Of a DNA stretch of 47,012 bases, positions 1 through 9,850 are shown piece by piece. The stretch's first letter is position 1; each line of letters starts with the position of its first letter. Position numbers and translations under genes: made by a program. Origin of the DNA: Candidatus Heimdallarchaeota archaeon (GTDB taxonomy: Archaea; Asgardarchaeota; Heimdallarchaeia; Hodarchaeales; Hodarchaeaceae); NCBI GenBank assembly GCA_048881705.1, contig JBHLSH010000020.1:1-47012 (forward strand), written 5' to 3'. The notes beneath the pieces were generated by a model. That model made no database searches, had not been told where the DNA came from, and saw only the letters and a list, made by a program, of their open reading frames with translations.

Positions 1-135
1 TACAATCGATTGCTAGTGTTCAAAGATGTTCCTGCTGCCCTGAGCGAAAATACATTTGAAGAGATTCCTGAGGTAAAAAATTTTAACCCCAAATCTCCAT
101 ACCTCACATTGAGAGAATTAAGTTCAAAAATCTGA
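1..135 (+). CDS. rpl13: 50S ribosomal protein L13, C-terminal fragment (truncated by window start)
   Basis: Frame 1 reads YNRLLVFKDVP...PYLTLRELSSKI* and ends 11 nt before rps9. L13-S9 is the conserved gene order. Confidence 0.75.
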   Translation, partial: YNRLLVFKDVPAALSENTFEEIPEVKNFNPKSPYLTLRELSSKI

Positions 136-146
136 AGGTTCTTGTT

Positions 147-548
147 ATGAAGAGCATCTTAAGAAGTGGCAAACGACGGACAGCTATTGCTAGGGCTATA
201 ATCAAATCAGGAACTGGGCGTATTTTGATAAATGGAAAGCCAATTGAGATTATGGAGCCAGAAATTGTGCGTATGAAGCTTCAAGAACCTCTCTATTTTC
301 TAGACATGAAAACGCGGGAGAGTTTCGATATCAAGGTAAAAATCCAGGGTGGCGGATTTATGGGACAAGCAGAAGCTGCGAGGACGGCGATCGCTCGGGT
401 TCTTCTCTCTTGGACTGAATCAGAACAATTGCGCGAAGCTTATACTCAATATGATCGGCATATGATTGTTGGAGATCCGCGACGCCGAGAACCCAAGCAT
501 TTCGGGGGCCCAGGGGCTCGGGCCAAGTACACAAAAAGCTACCGGTAA
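147..548 (+). CDS. rps9: 30S ribosomal protein S9
   Basis: SGKRRTAIARA, GGGFMGQAEAARTAIAR and DPRRREPKHFGGPGARAKYTKSYR are hallmark uS9 motifs. Confidence 0.97.
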   Translation: MKSILRSGKRRTAIARAIIKSGTGRILINGKPIEIMEPEIVRMKLQEPLYFLDMKTRESFDIKVKIQGGGFMGQAEAARTAIARVLLSWTESEQLREAYTQYDRHMIVGDPRRREPKHFGGPGARAKYTKSYR

Positions 549-602
549 GATTTCAAGGATACTTGACGGGAGTCTGTGCTTGAAAAGGCCGCCACATTGC
601 AT

Positions 603-614
603 AAAACTTATTTA
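603..614 (+). promoter_or_regulatory. Possible BRE/TATA element upstream of tRNA-Ile
   Basis: AAAACTTATTTA resembles the AAAAnnTTTTAA/TA motif seen upstream of rps12, tRNA-Ala and the 16S leader. Spacing to the tRNA (about 44 nt) is longer than for the others. Confidence 0.35.
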
Positions 615-657
615 CAATTGCAGAAACATTGCTTGGTGTTCAGAGATTTCACAGTAA

Positions 658-762
658 GGGCCCATGGCTTAGTCTAATGGGTTTGAGAACCTTTAGGAGA
701 AGCCTGGTTAAAGCGCTCGGCTGATAACCGAGAGATCCCCGGTTCAAATCCGGGTGGGCCCA
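658..762 (+). tRNA. tRNA-Ile(GAU) with an approximately 30-nt non-canonical D-loop intron (about 673-702)
   Basis: Acceptor GGGCCCA/TGGGCCC+A, anticodon arm CTCGG-CTGATAA-CCGAG (GAT at 723-725), T arm CCCGG-TTCAAAT-CCGGG. Removing 30 nt from the D loop restores GCTT-AGCCTGGTTA-AAGC and a 75-nt tRNA. Confidence 0.9.
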
Positions 763-907
763 TATTCTTACCTTCTTTCACTAAGATATTTAATCCAAGC
801 CAAAAATATGTTGCTGAAGTAGCCGTGCAAGATCGATTCCGATTTGAATCCCCTACAGGGCTACTTATTAAGGAGAGGTGGAAGTATTTTCTGAAATTCC
901 TCTGTTT

Positions 908-2266
908 CTAGATTACTCTAAAAGGGGAAGATTCCTCCTTTCTAGGGATTTCCTTGAGAAATATCAATTCGGAATTTGCATTAATCGTTCCGTTCTGGTT
1001 TTCAAGTTCGTTGAATTGTAATTTGAATAGCTGAAGAATCAGTGAAGTGATCTGAGAGGAAGTTATTCTTGAAGATGAAAGTTGAGTTAATTGGGCGAAA
1101 ATACAGATGAGTTGCTGCAACGATAATTGGCGTTTTAGCTCGGAAAGCAGGTACCTTTGCTTAGACTCATCTCTTTCTTCGGTAATAGTTTCTAGGATTG
1201 AAAGGAAATTGGGGCTATGTACTAATTTCAGACAAAACCTGGATCTACGATGGCACTTATCTATTCTTTCGTTTAAAGGAATTTCTAGAGATTTAGGAAG
1301 ATTACACATTTCAGCACATATTTGATTAAAATTTTCTGTTGAAACAAGGTTTATTTCGTTAGGTATTGGCCGGTTTAATCCATTTTGGTCTTCTTCAAAT
1401 ACCTGAAGACGACCAAGCGATTCCTGTTCTGAGGTATTTACCCCGTCCAATGTTGGATCTACCTTCTGAGGCGGAAAATTATGACCAGGCTCTGAAAGCG
1501 CGATCAATATTGTTCTAATGTATTCGATACCTTTTTCAAAACTAGTTTTGGATCCTTCATCTACAAAATATCTCAACCTGAGTTTTATCAAATCTGAAGG
1601 GCTCAATATTGATGTTGTGTTGTATAATGCTGGATTAAACGCTATTCTGCCAAGATACTCAAAGAAAGAACTTGCAGGTAACTTTTCCAGATGATAGATC
1701 TGGGCATTATTAATATCTTCTTGGTTCGTTTTAGATGATTGTGAAGGATCCATGGAGTAGGTTAATACGGTACTTGGGGAATAGGATTCTTTTTCGTTTC
1801 TTGACTCATATTGTGGTATTAAAAATGATCCCCCTTCCTTAAGATAATACCTCCCGCCAATCTTACAGATTCTTCTTGACTTAAGATCGCTAACGAGATC
1901 GTGCTCCGATTCAGGACTGATTCCCGATAAAACGGCCTCTAAAATTGCTGAATTACTTTTAATTCGTTCTATTAACTCCCTGTATGAACTTGCATACAGC
2001 ATTAACCTGATAACTTTCTTTTTAGAGTTTAACTCAACAGAGAATTTTTGAAGATACTGTAATTGGCTTAACTCGTTTAATTGAATACCATCCAATGAAT
2101 AACTTACATAAAAAGCCATCCAAAGGTTGTGTTTAGGGATGAAAACAATCCCTCTTCCCCTTATGGAAAAATCAAAGGAGTAAGAACTTCTGAAGAATAT
2201 TTGCACCACCTCATATACCAGTAATCCAGAGAGGATCAACGCGGGGATATAATGGAGCAGATTCAT
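908..2266 (-). CDS. Hypothetical protein with N-terminal membrane anchor
   Basis: ORF 908..2311. Likely start is the ATG at 2266 (MNLLHY), preceded by GGAGG. Hydrophobic IPALILSGLLVYEVVQIFF is followed by a soluble region with no recognised motif. Confidence 0.75.
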   Translation of the reverse strand: MNLLHYIPALILSGLLVYEVVQIFFRSSYSFDFSIRGRGIVFIPKHNLWMAFYVSYSLDGIQLNELSQLQYLQKFSVELNSKKKVIRLMLYASSYRELIERIKSNSAILEAVLSGISPESEHDLVSDLKSRRICKIGGRYYLKEGGSFLIPQYESRNEKESYSPSTVLTYSMDPSQSSKTNQEDINNAQIYHLEKLPASSFFEYLGRIAFNPALYNTTSILSPSDLIKLRLRYFVDEGSKTSFEKGIEYIRTILIALSEPGHNFPPQKVDPTLDGVNTSEQESLGRLQVFEEDQNGLNRPIPNEINLVSTENFNQICAEMCNLPKSLEIPLNERIDKCHRRSRFCLKLVHSPNFLSILETITEERDESKQRYLLSELKRQLSLQQLICIFAQLTQLSSSRITSSQITSLILQLFKLQFNELENQNGTINANSELIFLKEIPRKEESSPFRVI

Positions 2267-2408
2267 GAAATATTTCCTCCTCCTAAAACACTTGGTAACT
2301 CCATTTGGCAAGGTAAAGGTTTTGAAACATTAATTTGGATTTCGGGTTGCCAATTATCCACCATTTGGAGAATTCTCACTTAGATACCATTGCCAGATAT
2401 AATATCAT

Positions 2409-5400
2409 TTAGGTCTGTAGAATCGACATCCGTCTTCTTTTGATAAAATTCATGAGGAAAAGGCCTCCTAGGATTAATATAGAAATAATCGTCGGGGCGA
2501 GATACTCTAAATCCGTCAGAAGTGAAGATGGATTAGAAACTAAATGCTCAATTAGGATCTTCGTAATATTAACAGTGTTAATATTCCCCGCCCAGTCCAT
2601 AGCCTTCAGATAGATATTCTTAGAGACAAAGCTAGTCATTGGAACATTGAATACGTGATAATTCATAGTAAAATTATTGGAAACGATTATTCTAGTGGTA
2701 TCCATAACTGAGACATTTCTAACCCCTGAACCCTGCTCAGGTTCAAATACAAAGGTATGAATCCTAATAAATTCGTCTGAAGTTTCAATTGAATATTCCA
2801 ATACGGGCATGTATGGATCTGTAATTGTGAAAGATTGCTCTCTACTTTTGGCAATGAAAGTAGAGGAATATCTTACTTCTAATATTATGGATACTGTTGA
2901 ATTCCAGCTCTGGGGAGATAATTGGGCTTCCAGACGAGTAGATCCGTTCGAAAATGTTTTATAGCTCGTGTTGAAACAGATTAGTGAGTAGTGACCTACT
3001 GAATAAATTACCGAGTACGAAAAATTGAGTGGGGAATAGAACAGCCAGCTTCCCTTAATGGTCTCATTGTAGAAATAACTTCTCTGAAATGATCTTAGCG
3101 CATTAACGTTTAGATCAGCTAAGTATCCTTCCAAAAAATAGTTAATTGGAAGCCCTCCAACGATATTAAGTCGTGATATGGTAACTTGGGTACCTTCAAT
3201 GTTGATGGAGGTGGCTGAGGTAATGTCTCGGCCTAAAGTATCAAGGAGAGAGAGATTTAGGGGGATAAATCCTAAAAAGCTAAGATCTAGACTTGTTGTA
3301 AAGTTATTCACGGTTATAACAGAATCTAAGCTGATTTTGATCCTGAATTTTTCGGAAAATTCCAGTTGGGAAATATATACGGTTGGACTTGGAAGTTCAA
3401 TTACCAGGATATCGGTTGAAGAAACATTTCCATTTAGATTCCAGGACAAAACACCGTTCCTAAAGTTAACCCCAACTACATAATAGTTTCTCAAAATGAA
3501 AGCTGCTTTCATGCTTAGACCATAGGATGGTAGAGGAGTATACCAGCTGGAATCATTTGTAGAATATTCAATGGCATAATAGACAAAGAAAGTTCCATTT
3601 GAACCGATAGGTGATCGAGACAGTTCATAAATATCTGCACGGGTTTCATTGGCTGATAAAGTACCATTTAGTATTGTAAAAATGATGGTTTGGAACTTCA
3701 CGAGACTTTCTTCTAAAAAGCCTCCTATTCCAACGTATAATTGACCTTCGATTATACTGGGGTTTACTCTGAAATCGATATCTGCATATCCAGCGGAGTT
3801 TGTCTGTTTTTGGAATACCATGGAATTATTAACCCAGATCTTTACGGTAAGTCCCTGCAATATTTGAAGAGTACCTCCCTCAGGAGGTTGAAGATATGAA
3901 TATAGCCGGAATAAAACAGAATCGTTAATGTATATACCAGTGTTGAGATTTTCAAAACTCCATACTACTAATGATGATAAAATTTTAAGATTAATTTGTT
4001 TCTTTGCGAAAAAATTGCCAGAATCTGACGCAAGAATAAAAATACTTATGTTCCCCGGGCTCCATATTACATTGGTGATGTTTAAAGCAAAATCATTACG
4101 GGGAGTATGAGAAAAAAAGAGACTAATATTTCCTTTTGTTAAAAGAACTAAGGTACTATTTGCTATATATTTCACATTGCCCAAAAACAAACTCAAATTT
4201 ATGAATAAAGGTTCATATTGGTATATGGTGACGTTTTGTTGGGTATGGAGTAAAATCATTGCAGATTCATTTGGTTCATGAATGACTATGTCTTGTTCAT
4301 AGAAACCAAACTCCCAATTACTGCTCCAATTAACTTCTAGACGTAATAGACCAATTGGAAATACTTCTGTGATAGGAATATCGGGAAATGAAAAGGATCC
4401 ATTTATCATTGGAAGAGTGGATCGATCATAAACACAGGCATTGTTCAAAAGGTATAAATGAAGGTCACCTGCTAAAGGAAATGTCAAATCCCCTTTTACA
4501 CGAAGTATATCATCTGTATTGAGGTCCGTTGGAGCAATTATTTTGACAAGATAGTTAGGAGCCAAAGCCTCAAGCACGACGGGATCCAAATACTTGCTTT
4601 CTACCCAGTATTGTTTCCCAAGCAGATACATGTTCAAGGATTTTGTGACATTGATACCATACAATTGGGTGCTTGCGTTAAGAATGCGCAAATCAGCCCA
4701 ATCTGTAGGAAGAAAAATCAGAATTTCATTTCTTATCAGGTTTTCACTGATATTTGGAATAAACATTCTCAGAAAAATTTTAACATGAGTGGAATTCCAA
4801 TTTGAGGCCGTTGAAAATGCAGAGTGGGTCTGAACTCGTGTTATCGTCACATTCAGATAGATTTCCGAACTCCTATTCCAGGGTGAATTATCTTTGACAA
4901 AGAATGTAAAATTTCCGGATATTGGAGAAATAGCTACAGATCCATTAGCAGAAAATATTTCTGTACTATCAATGAAATAACTGAGGGAGCCATTTAAAGG
5001 GAGATTTTCTGTGTAATATTCCAGATTATCGATATCTAGGGTAAATTGAGGTGTGATAAGGGTGAACAGGAAAAGTGTAAGTTTAACCGCTTTTAGTTCA
5101 GAGAATAAAGGGTATTCGCTTTTGGAAAAGCAAGTGTTAATCATCCATGAAATATTAATGGAAATATGTCGCCATGATGAAGGGAGAGACCCATTATATA
5201 GAATATAAAGAGAACTCGAAGCGTTTCTCAGGAGAAGGGAGGGATCGGTTCCTATTGGTCTCGAAATAGTTTCATTGACCGGATCTCCGGGAAGATTTCC
5301 CCCTTTCGAGAGATAAAATGTGATTGAGGTACTGTTAACGAATTCAAATTCCAAGCTCAAGGTAGGGGGAGAATCCTGAAGATTCTGGTTAACGAACGGC

Positions 5401-5984
5401 ATTCGGTAATCAAAGGAGATAAAAGTTGGAAAATTGGATGGCGGTGGAACTGTAGACATATTGAATTTCACATTCTGGATCCCTGCGCTACTTTGATTAT
5501 TATCCGTAAAATTTGCACGAAATGCCGTGCCATTAAGGGTAGGAATCATCGAAGTGACAATTGGACCATATCCGTTTGCCCAATCCTGACTTTGATCTTC
5601 AGCATTAGAATTGATTTTATATGTCGAATTACTAATCTCCGATTCAATAGAGATATTGGTATTTGGAGGTGATTTAATCCGTCTGGTTTGGTTGGTGTGC
5701 AAAGGAAATTGTGATACTTGAAACATATCAAAGGGGATGGGATCAGCATCACTCGCGCTCTGATTACTGACTTGAAATACTGGTGATGAAGAGGGACGAG
5801 GGTTAGTTCTGGAAGTAGATGGCGTTTCTAGGAGGGGTATTGCGAACTTGTCAAAATCACCACCATCCACACCTGTGTTTATGTCCATGTTAATAACAAT
5901 CGGGATAATTGAAAAAATAACAAATAAAATAAGAGTAGTGTTCCGTATGGAGTGAAAATGCGAAGTAAATGCCCAGATACCCAT
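2409..5984 (-). CDS. Large secreted, membrane-anchored surface glycoprotein
   Basis: 1191 aa with an N-terminal hydrophobic signal, a beta-rich body carrying more than 40 N-x-S/T sequons counted by eye, a C-terminal TM helix and a KRRR tail. Confidence 0.8.
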   Translation of the reverse strand: MGIWAFTSHFHSIRNTTLILFVIFSIIPIVINMDINTGVDGGDFDKFAIPLLETPSTSRTNPRPSSSPVFQVSNQSASDADPIPFDMFQVSQFPLHTNQTRRIKSPPNTNISIESEISNSTYKINSNAEDQSQDWANGYGPIVTSMIPTLNGTAFRANFTDNNQSSAGIQNVKFNMSTVPPPSNFPTFISFDYRMPFVNQNLQDSPPTLSLEFEFVNSTSITFYLSKGGNLPGDPVNETISRPIGTDPSLLLRNASSSLYILYNGSLPSSWRHISINISWMINTCFSKSEYPLFSELKAVKLTLFLFTLITPQFTLDIDNLEYYTENLPLNGSLSYFIDSTEIFSANGSVAISPISGNFTFFVKDNSPWNRSSEIYLNVTITRVQTHSAFSTASNWNSTHVKIFLRMFIPNISENLIRNEILIFLPTDWADLRILNASTQLYGINVTKSLNMYLLGKQYWVESKYLDPVVLEALAPNYLVKIIAPTDLNTDDILRVKGDLTFPLAGDLHLYLLNNACVYDRSTLPMINGSFSFPDIPITEVFPIGLLRLEVNWSSNWEFGFYEQDIVIHEPNESAMILLHTQQNVTIYQYEPLFINLSLFLGNVKYIANSTLVLLTKGNISLFFSHTPRNDFALNITNVIWSPGNISIFILASDSGNFFAKKQINLKILSSLVVWSFENLNTGIYINDSVLFRLYSYLQPPEGGTLQILQGLTVKIWVNNSMVFQKQTNSAGYADIDFRVNPSIIEGQLYVGIGGFLEESLVKFQTIIFTILNGTLSANETRADIYELSRSPIGSNGTFFVYYAIEYSTNDSSWYTPLPSYGLSMKAAFILRNYYVVGVNFRNGVLSWNLNGNVSSTDILVIELPSPTVYISQLEFSEKFRIKISLDSVITVNNFTTSLDLSFLGFIPLNLSLLDTLGRDITSATSINIEGTQVTISRLNIVGGLPINYFLEGYLADLNVNALRSFQRSYFYNETIKGSWLFYSPLNFSYSVIYSVGHYSLICFNTSYKTFSNGSTRLEAQLSPQSWNSTVSIILEVRYSSTFIAKSREQSFTITDPYMPVLEYSIETSDEFIRIHTFVFEPEQGSGVRNVSVMDTTRIIVSNNFTMNYHVFNVPMTSFVSKNIYLKAMDWAGNINTVNITKILIEHLVSNPSSLLTDLEYLAPTIISILILGGLFLMNFIKRRRMSILQT

Positions 5985-6118
5985 CTTAGTGTCCCATATT
6001 GACGGTTGATTACTTCGTTGGCCTCTAAATTTGTATCAAAGCTGTGTTAAATAACACCCAAAAACAAAGATCTTGAAGTGGATATGGAGATCCAGGACAC
6101 CCTGATTCGTGTTAGTTT

Positions 6119-7651
6119 CTACATTAGTAGGAAGGTACTGAGAAAAAAAGTTCGGACAAGAAAGAAGATAACAAGAAAAAGGAGAATATGAAAACAAGTG
6201 ATGATTCTGCCTTTATAAATTCGAATCTTTCTATACGAGGTATTCAGAAAAGATCTTCGGGCGGGAAGAACACTCATGACTAATGCAATGATAAGAAAGA
6301 GAATATCAAAACTAGGATCAAGAGTTGGATTTCTTAAATCCATGAAGGAATAGCTTAATGATGTTGAAACATAAAGAAAGAATGGGCTGGCCCCCCCAAT
6401 AATTGCAAGCGATATAATTGACAGTAATTGGATGATTCCAGTTTGAAGATCAGCTGCTTTCCGTTTGGCTTCTCCTCTATTTAATATTTGACTTGTCCTG
6501 CTTAGTTCCTCTGTTATTATCAACAATTTTTCTCCTGCCATATATGGGTCAATCTTGCTAAACTTTTGGGTCAGAGTGACAAGTTGAGCAGCACGTTCAG
6601 ATAAGAATTCTCGTATAAATCCAGACTTTTGATCAATCCCTTGGTTTCCTCTAAGTAGGAACTTATTGAAATTGTTTGTCTCTTTATCTATCGACTTTGC
6701 GGCATTCTTAGGTTTATAATAGGCAACCGTGTTTAATGCGGAATTAAGGCTTTTTTCAAAGTTATTCCCTTTCATCAGATTTTCAGCAAGCATAAGGAGC
6801 ATTTGTATGGATTCGGAATCATTGGAGATAGCAATCCGATTTTTTTCTGAAAATAATGTCAAATATCTGTTTGGACTGACAATAAATGAAACTATAATTA
6901 TTCCAAAGATTATAAGTCCCCCCCAAAGATAGTTCATCAATCCAGTAATCAGCAATAAACATAAGAGTACGGGTGGGCTCAATAATGCCAATCCCGAGGA
7001 CAAAGCAATCAGCGAATCGATTTTTTCTATTTCTTCAATCGCCTTTACTGTAATTTGATTGAGAATGTGATTTTTTGAAAAACTAGCTAGATTTCTACCG
7101 CTTACCCAAATTGAGATTATATTTGAAAATAAATGAAGAATACTACCGTGTAATCGTTTTGTGATCTCTCCTTTCAGAGCTATTTCAAGACTTTCCCCAA
7201 AATGACTCTTTAAAAGGGCCTTTTCAAATATCTGTGAAAAAACTGAGTAATTACCGTGAATAATAAACATAGTGGCCTCTTTCAAGGATCCTGATGTTTC
7301 TAAAATCATTAAAAGTTCATTGACCACGAAATAGCCCAAAGTTTCGATCATTGTACTGTGTTGTTTGAACTGGCCATATATAATGAAGTTTAGCAGGCGT
7401 AAGATGAGAATGGCAAGGCAAATTTCTAATAAAAGCAGTTCAATTGGCAGAGGATAGAATATAAAAAACTGGAATGTAAGAATGAGAGACAATGCGATAA
7501 TAAACAGTGCAATAATACCGTAAAAACTGGTTTTGTCCATTCGATATCTGGATCTAAAGTATTCCTCAAAACTATATTCGTTAAAAAATGTATAATCTCC
7601 AAAAATGACATTACTAATCATTTCCAAAAATGGAACTGATGCCTTTACCAT
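6119..7651 (-). CDS. Type II secretion F-domain membrane platform protein (TadB/TadC/ArlJ-like, two domains)
   Basis: Multi-TM protein with two T2SSF-like segments (ELLMILETSGSLKEA...HFGESLEIAL; MLAENLMKGNNFEKSL). Lies next to a secretion ATPase. Confidence 0.7.
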   Translation of the reverse strand: MVKASVPFLEMISNVIFGDYTFFNEYSFEEYFRSRYRMDKTSFYGIIALFIIALSLILTFQFFIFYPLPIELLLLEICLAILILRLLNFIIYGQFKQHSTMIETLGYFVVNELLMILETSGSLKEATMFIIHGNYSVFSQIFEKALLKSHFGESLEIALKGEITKRLHGSILHLFSNIISIWVSGRNLASFSKNHILNQITVKAIEEIEKIDSLIALSSGLALLSPPVLLCLLLITGLMNYLWGGLIIFGIIIVSFIVSPNRYLTLFSEKNRIAISNDSESIQMLLMLAENLMKGNNFEKSLNSALNTVAYYKPKNAAKSIDKETNNFNKFLLRGNQGIDQKSGFIREFLSERAAQLVTLTQKFSKIDPYMAGEKLLIITEELSRTSQILNRGEAKRKAADLQTGIIQLLSIISLAIIGGASPFFLYVSTSLSYSFMDLRNPTLDPSFDILFLIIALVMSVLPARRSFLNTSYRKIRIYKGRIITCFHILLFLVIFFLVRTFFLSTFLLM

Positions 7652-7996
7652 CTTCTCTTATTCCTCGGAAAATCTGACTGAGACAAACAAATGGTGGGAA
7701 AGAACCCATTTCGGAAATTGCACTCCATACTCATACTTCAGAGTACCAACTGAAGTATCTATACAGATGCGGATTCTGATGATTTTTATTCCCTTGTTAA
7801 ATCGCAGTTCTCATTTGATGTCCAGACCTAAACATTTAAGTGCCTTTCATTTGATCAATTACCTTAATTTAATATAAAATCCCTAATTCTCTCCAAAGAG
7901 GTTTCCTGAGTTCTCAATTAGCTGGGAGTAGTCAGAACTCAATACCGTATCATCTGCTCTAAATCTAGGGTTTTTTTATTCTTTTTACAAGAAATC

Positions 7997-8323
7997 TTGT
8001 TGGTTGGTGAAGTGGCTTTCTTACAGACAGAAAGAACCATAATTCAGGTAAAATGCATGGCTTGCGGAAAAAAGGAAACTATCGTGATAACAGAAAAAGA
8101 ATTGGAATATGCAAAAAAGGAACACGCTCTTATTACAAAAGCCGTTGCCCACACTCAAGCTGGGCATGTCTTAACACTGTATATAGATGGTCAGGGGATA
8201 GTAAGAAGAAAGTATTGTTTCGATATTGCAGAGAGTAAGCTTAATCTTTTCACCAATTCGTTGTCAAAAGATTTGGACTCCATCTTCGAGCAGATGCTTA
8301 AAGATGCCATGAAAGCTCAATAG
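7997..8323 (+). CDS. Small hypothetical protein, possible Zn-binding (CxxC plus two His)
   Basis: VKCMACGK...AVAHTQAGHVLTLYIDGQG. Directly upstream of the ATPase on the same strand. Confidence 0.6.
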   Translation: MLVGEVAFLQTERTIIQVKCMACGKKETIVITEKELEYAKKEHALITKAVAHTQAGHVLTLYIDGQGIVRRKYCFDIAESKLNLFTNSLSKDLDSIFEQMLKDAMKAQ

Positions 8324-8364
8324 CGCAACACTAGAGATCCAAGAACGACCATTTAACCCCTAGA

Positions 8365-9738
8365 TTGTTGGTGAAGTCACTGGTTCCATCCTCGCACTTG
8401 GCCTCCCATAATGTGATTACCCAAATGGAGCTTTTAGAATCCTACAGATTTGGAAGCTACTTGGCAGTAGTTAATCAGGAGAAATCGACGAAAACTCTTG
8501 AACCCCTTTACCAAGTAAAATATGATGAAATAACCTATAAGAGTTTGAAGGACTTCTATTTATATGAAAAACAAATTAAAATGGCCTTAGAAGAGTTTGT
8601 AGCGACGAAAAAAGAATTCTGCACATTTAGTCAACTTTTCAAACACTTAAACCGGATAATCCCTGACAGGATTTACATTCCCAATGGATTAATGGTCCCG
8701 ATCTTTTTTAGGGTACTTGGGCTTGAGAAGATCGGACCCCTGTTAATGGATGACAATATTGACGAAATCTATATCGATTCGAGTCATAAAACTCTCTATA
8801 TAGACCATAATAGACACGGCCGGTGTAACACCTTCATTAAAATCTCTAAAAAGGAAATTGATAATTTTGTGAACCGAGTTGCTCTTGAAAACGATTTTTC
8901 GTTAAGCCAAAGTAATCCTACGATGAAAGCTGATTTTATCTCTCCTTTATTTCATACGAGAGTTACCGTTGATATCCCCCCACTTATTATTGAAGATGTA
9001 CACATTGATATTAGGAAATTTCACACTGATCGATTACGTTTACCAGATCTAGTAGAAATTGGGAGTATCACTGGCGCACAGGCGGATTTTCTGAGGTATC
9101 TCGTCCAGAATCAAACCTCACTCTCGATAATTGGACCACCCAATTCGGGGAAGACCACGCTACAAAACGCTTTAATTGAATATATACCACCCCATTTACG
9201 ACTTCTTTCGATAGAAGATGTCCTTGAAAGCACAAATTTAAGACACGGTAATGTTGTGCGATTTAAACTTGGATACGACCCCCATGAGGGCCATTTAATC
9301 TCTAAGTCAATGGAAGTTCAAAAGATTTTACACAGAAGTCCTGATTTTATAAATTTAGGCGAACTATCATTAAAAGATCATTTTACAGCCTTTCTCAATG
9401 TGTTGTCAGTCGGCATACCATCAATTCAAACTATTCATGGGAAAAATCCAGATTTCCTTGTCCAACGACTTAAAGACATATATCAAGTTCCTACCGAAAT
9501 TCTCCAAACCTCAATCCCCCATGTATTCATCGAACTCGACGTTTTGTGGAAAAAGAATAAGAAAAACCGAATCCTTGTTAAAATCGCTGAATTAAACGAA
9601 CGAGGAGGTATTTCATCGATTTCTAATGAAGATATCAATCACTTCCTTAGAAATAATGGCGAGAGTTCAAATATTTTCACGATCAGATACCTCCTGAACC
9701 GTAATCGGGCTGGTGCATGGCATATAACAAATACGTAA
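8365..9738 (+). CDS. Type II/IV secretion or pilus ATPase (VirB11/CpaF/ArlI family)
   Basis: LGLEKIGPLLMDDNIDEI, Walker A GPPNSGKTT, Asp-box IEDVLE, Walker B INLGE, His-box TIHG. Confidence 0.9.
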   Translation: MLVKSLVPSSHLASHNVITQMELLESYRFGSYLAVVNQEKSTKTLEPLYQVKYDEITYKSLKDFYLYEKQIKMALEEFVATKKEFCTFSQLFKHLNRIIPDRIYIPNGLMVPIFFRVLGLEKIGPLLMDDNIDEIYIDSSHKTLYIDHNRHGRCNTFIKISKKEIDNFVNRVALENDFSLSQSNPTMKADFISPLFHTRVTVDIPPLIIEDVHIDIRKFHTDRLRLPDLVEIGSITGAQADFLRYLVQNQTSLSIIGPPNSGKTTLQNALIEYIPPHLRLLSIEDVLESTNLRHGNVVRFKLGYDPHEGHLISKSMEVQKILHRSPDFINLGELSLKDHFTAFLNVLSVGIPSIQTIHGKNPDFLVQRLKDIYQVPTEILQTSIPHVFIELDVLWKKNKKNRILVKIAELNERGGISSISNEDINHFLRNNGESSNIFTIRYLLNRNRAGAWHITNT

Positions 9739-9850
9739 ATCACGACTCGTTCTTTGACTTATAATGATAGATTATTCTTCAATTCGGGTTTTTATAAGGA
9801 AATTAGCATTAGAATCATTGAACTAGGAATAATGGTTTATTGGGATAAAC

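Noticed and set aside
7657-7845. Minus-strand frame ELRFNKGIKII...VRFSEE* preceded by an in-frame TGA (possible selenocysteine readthrough)
   Set aside because: No start codon in frame, another stop just upstream, no Sec-type motif and no SECIS evident.
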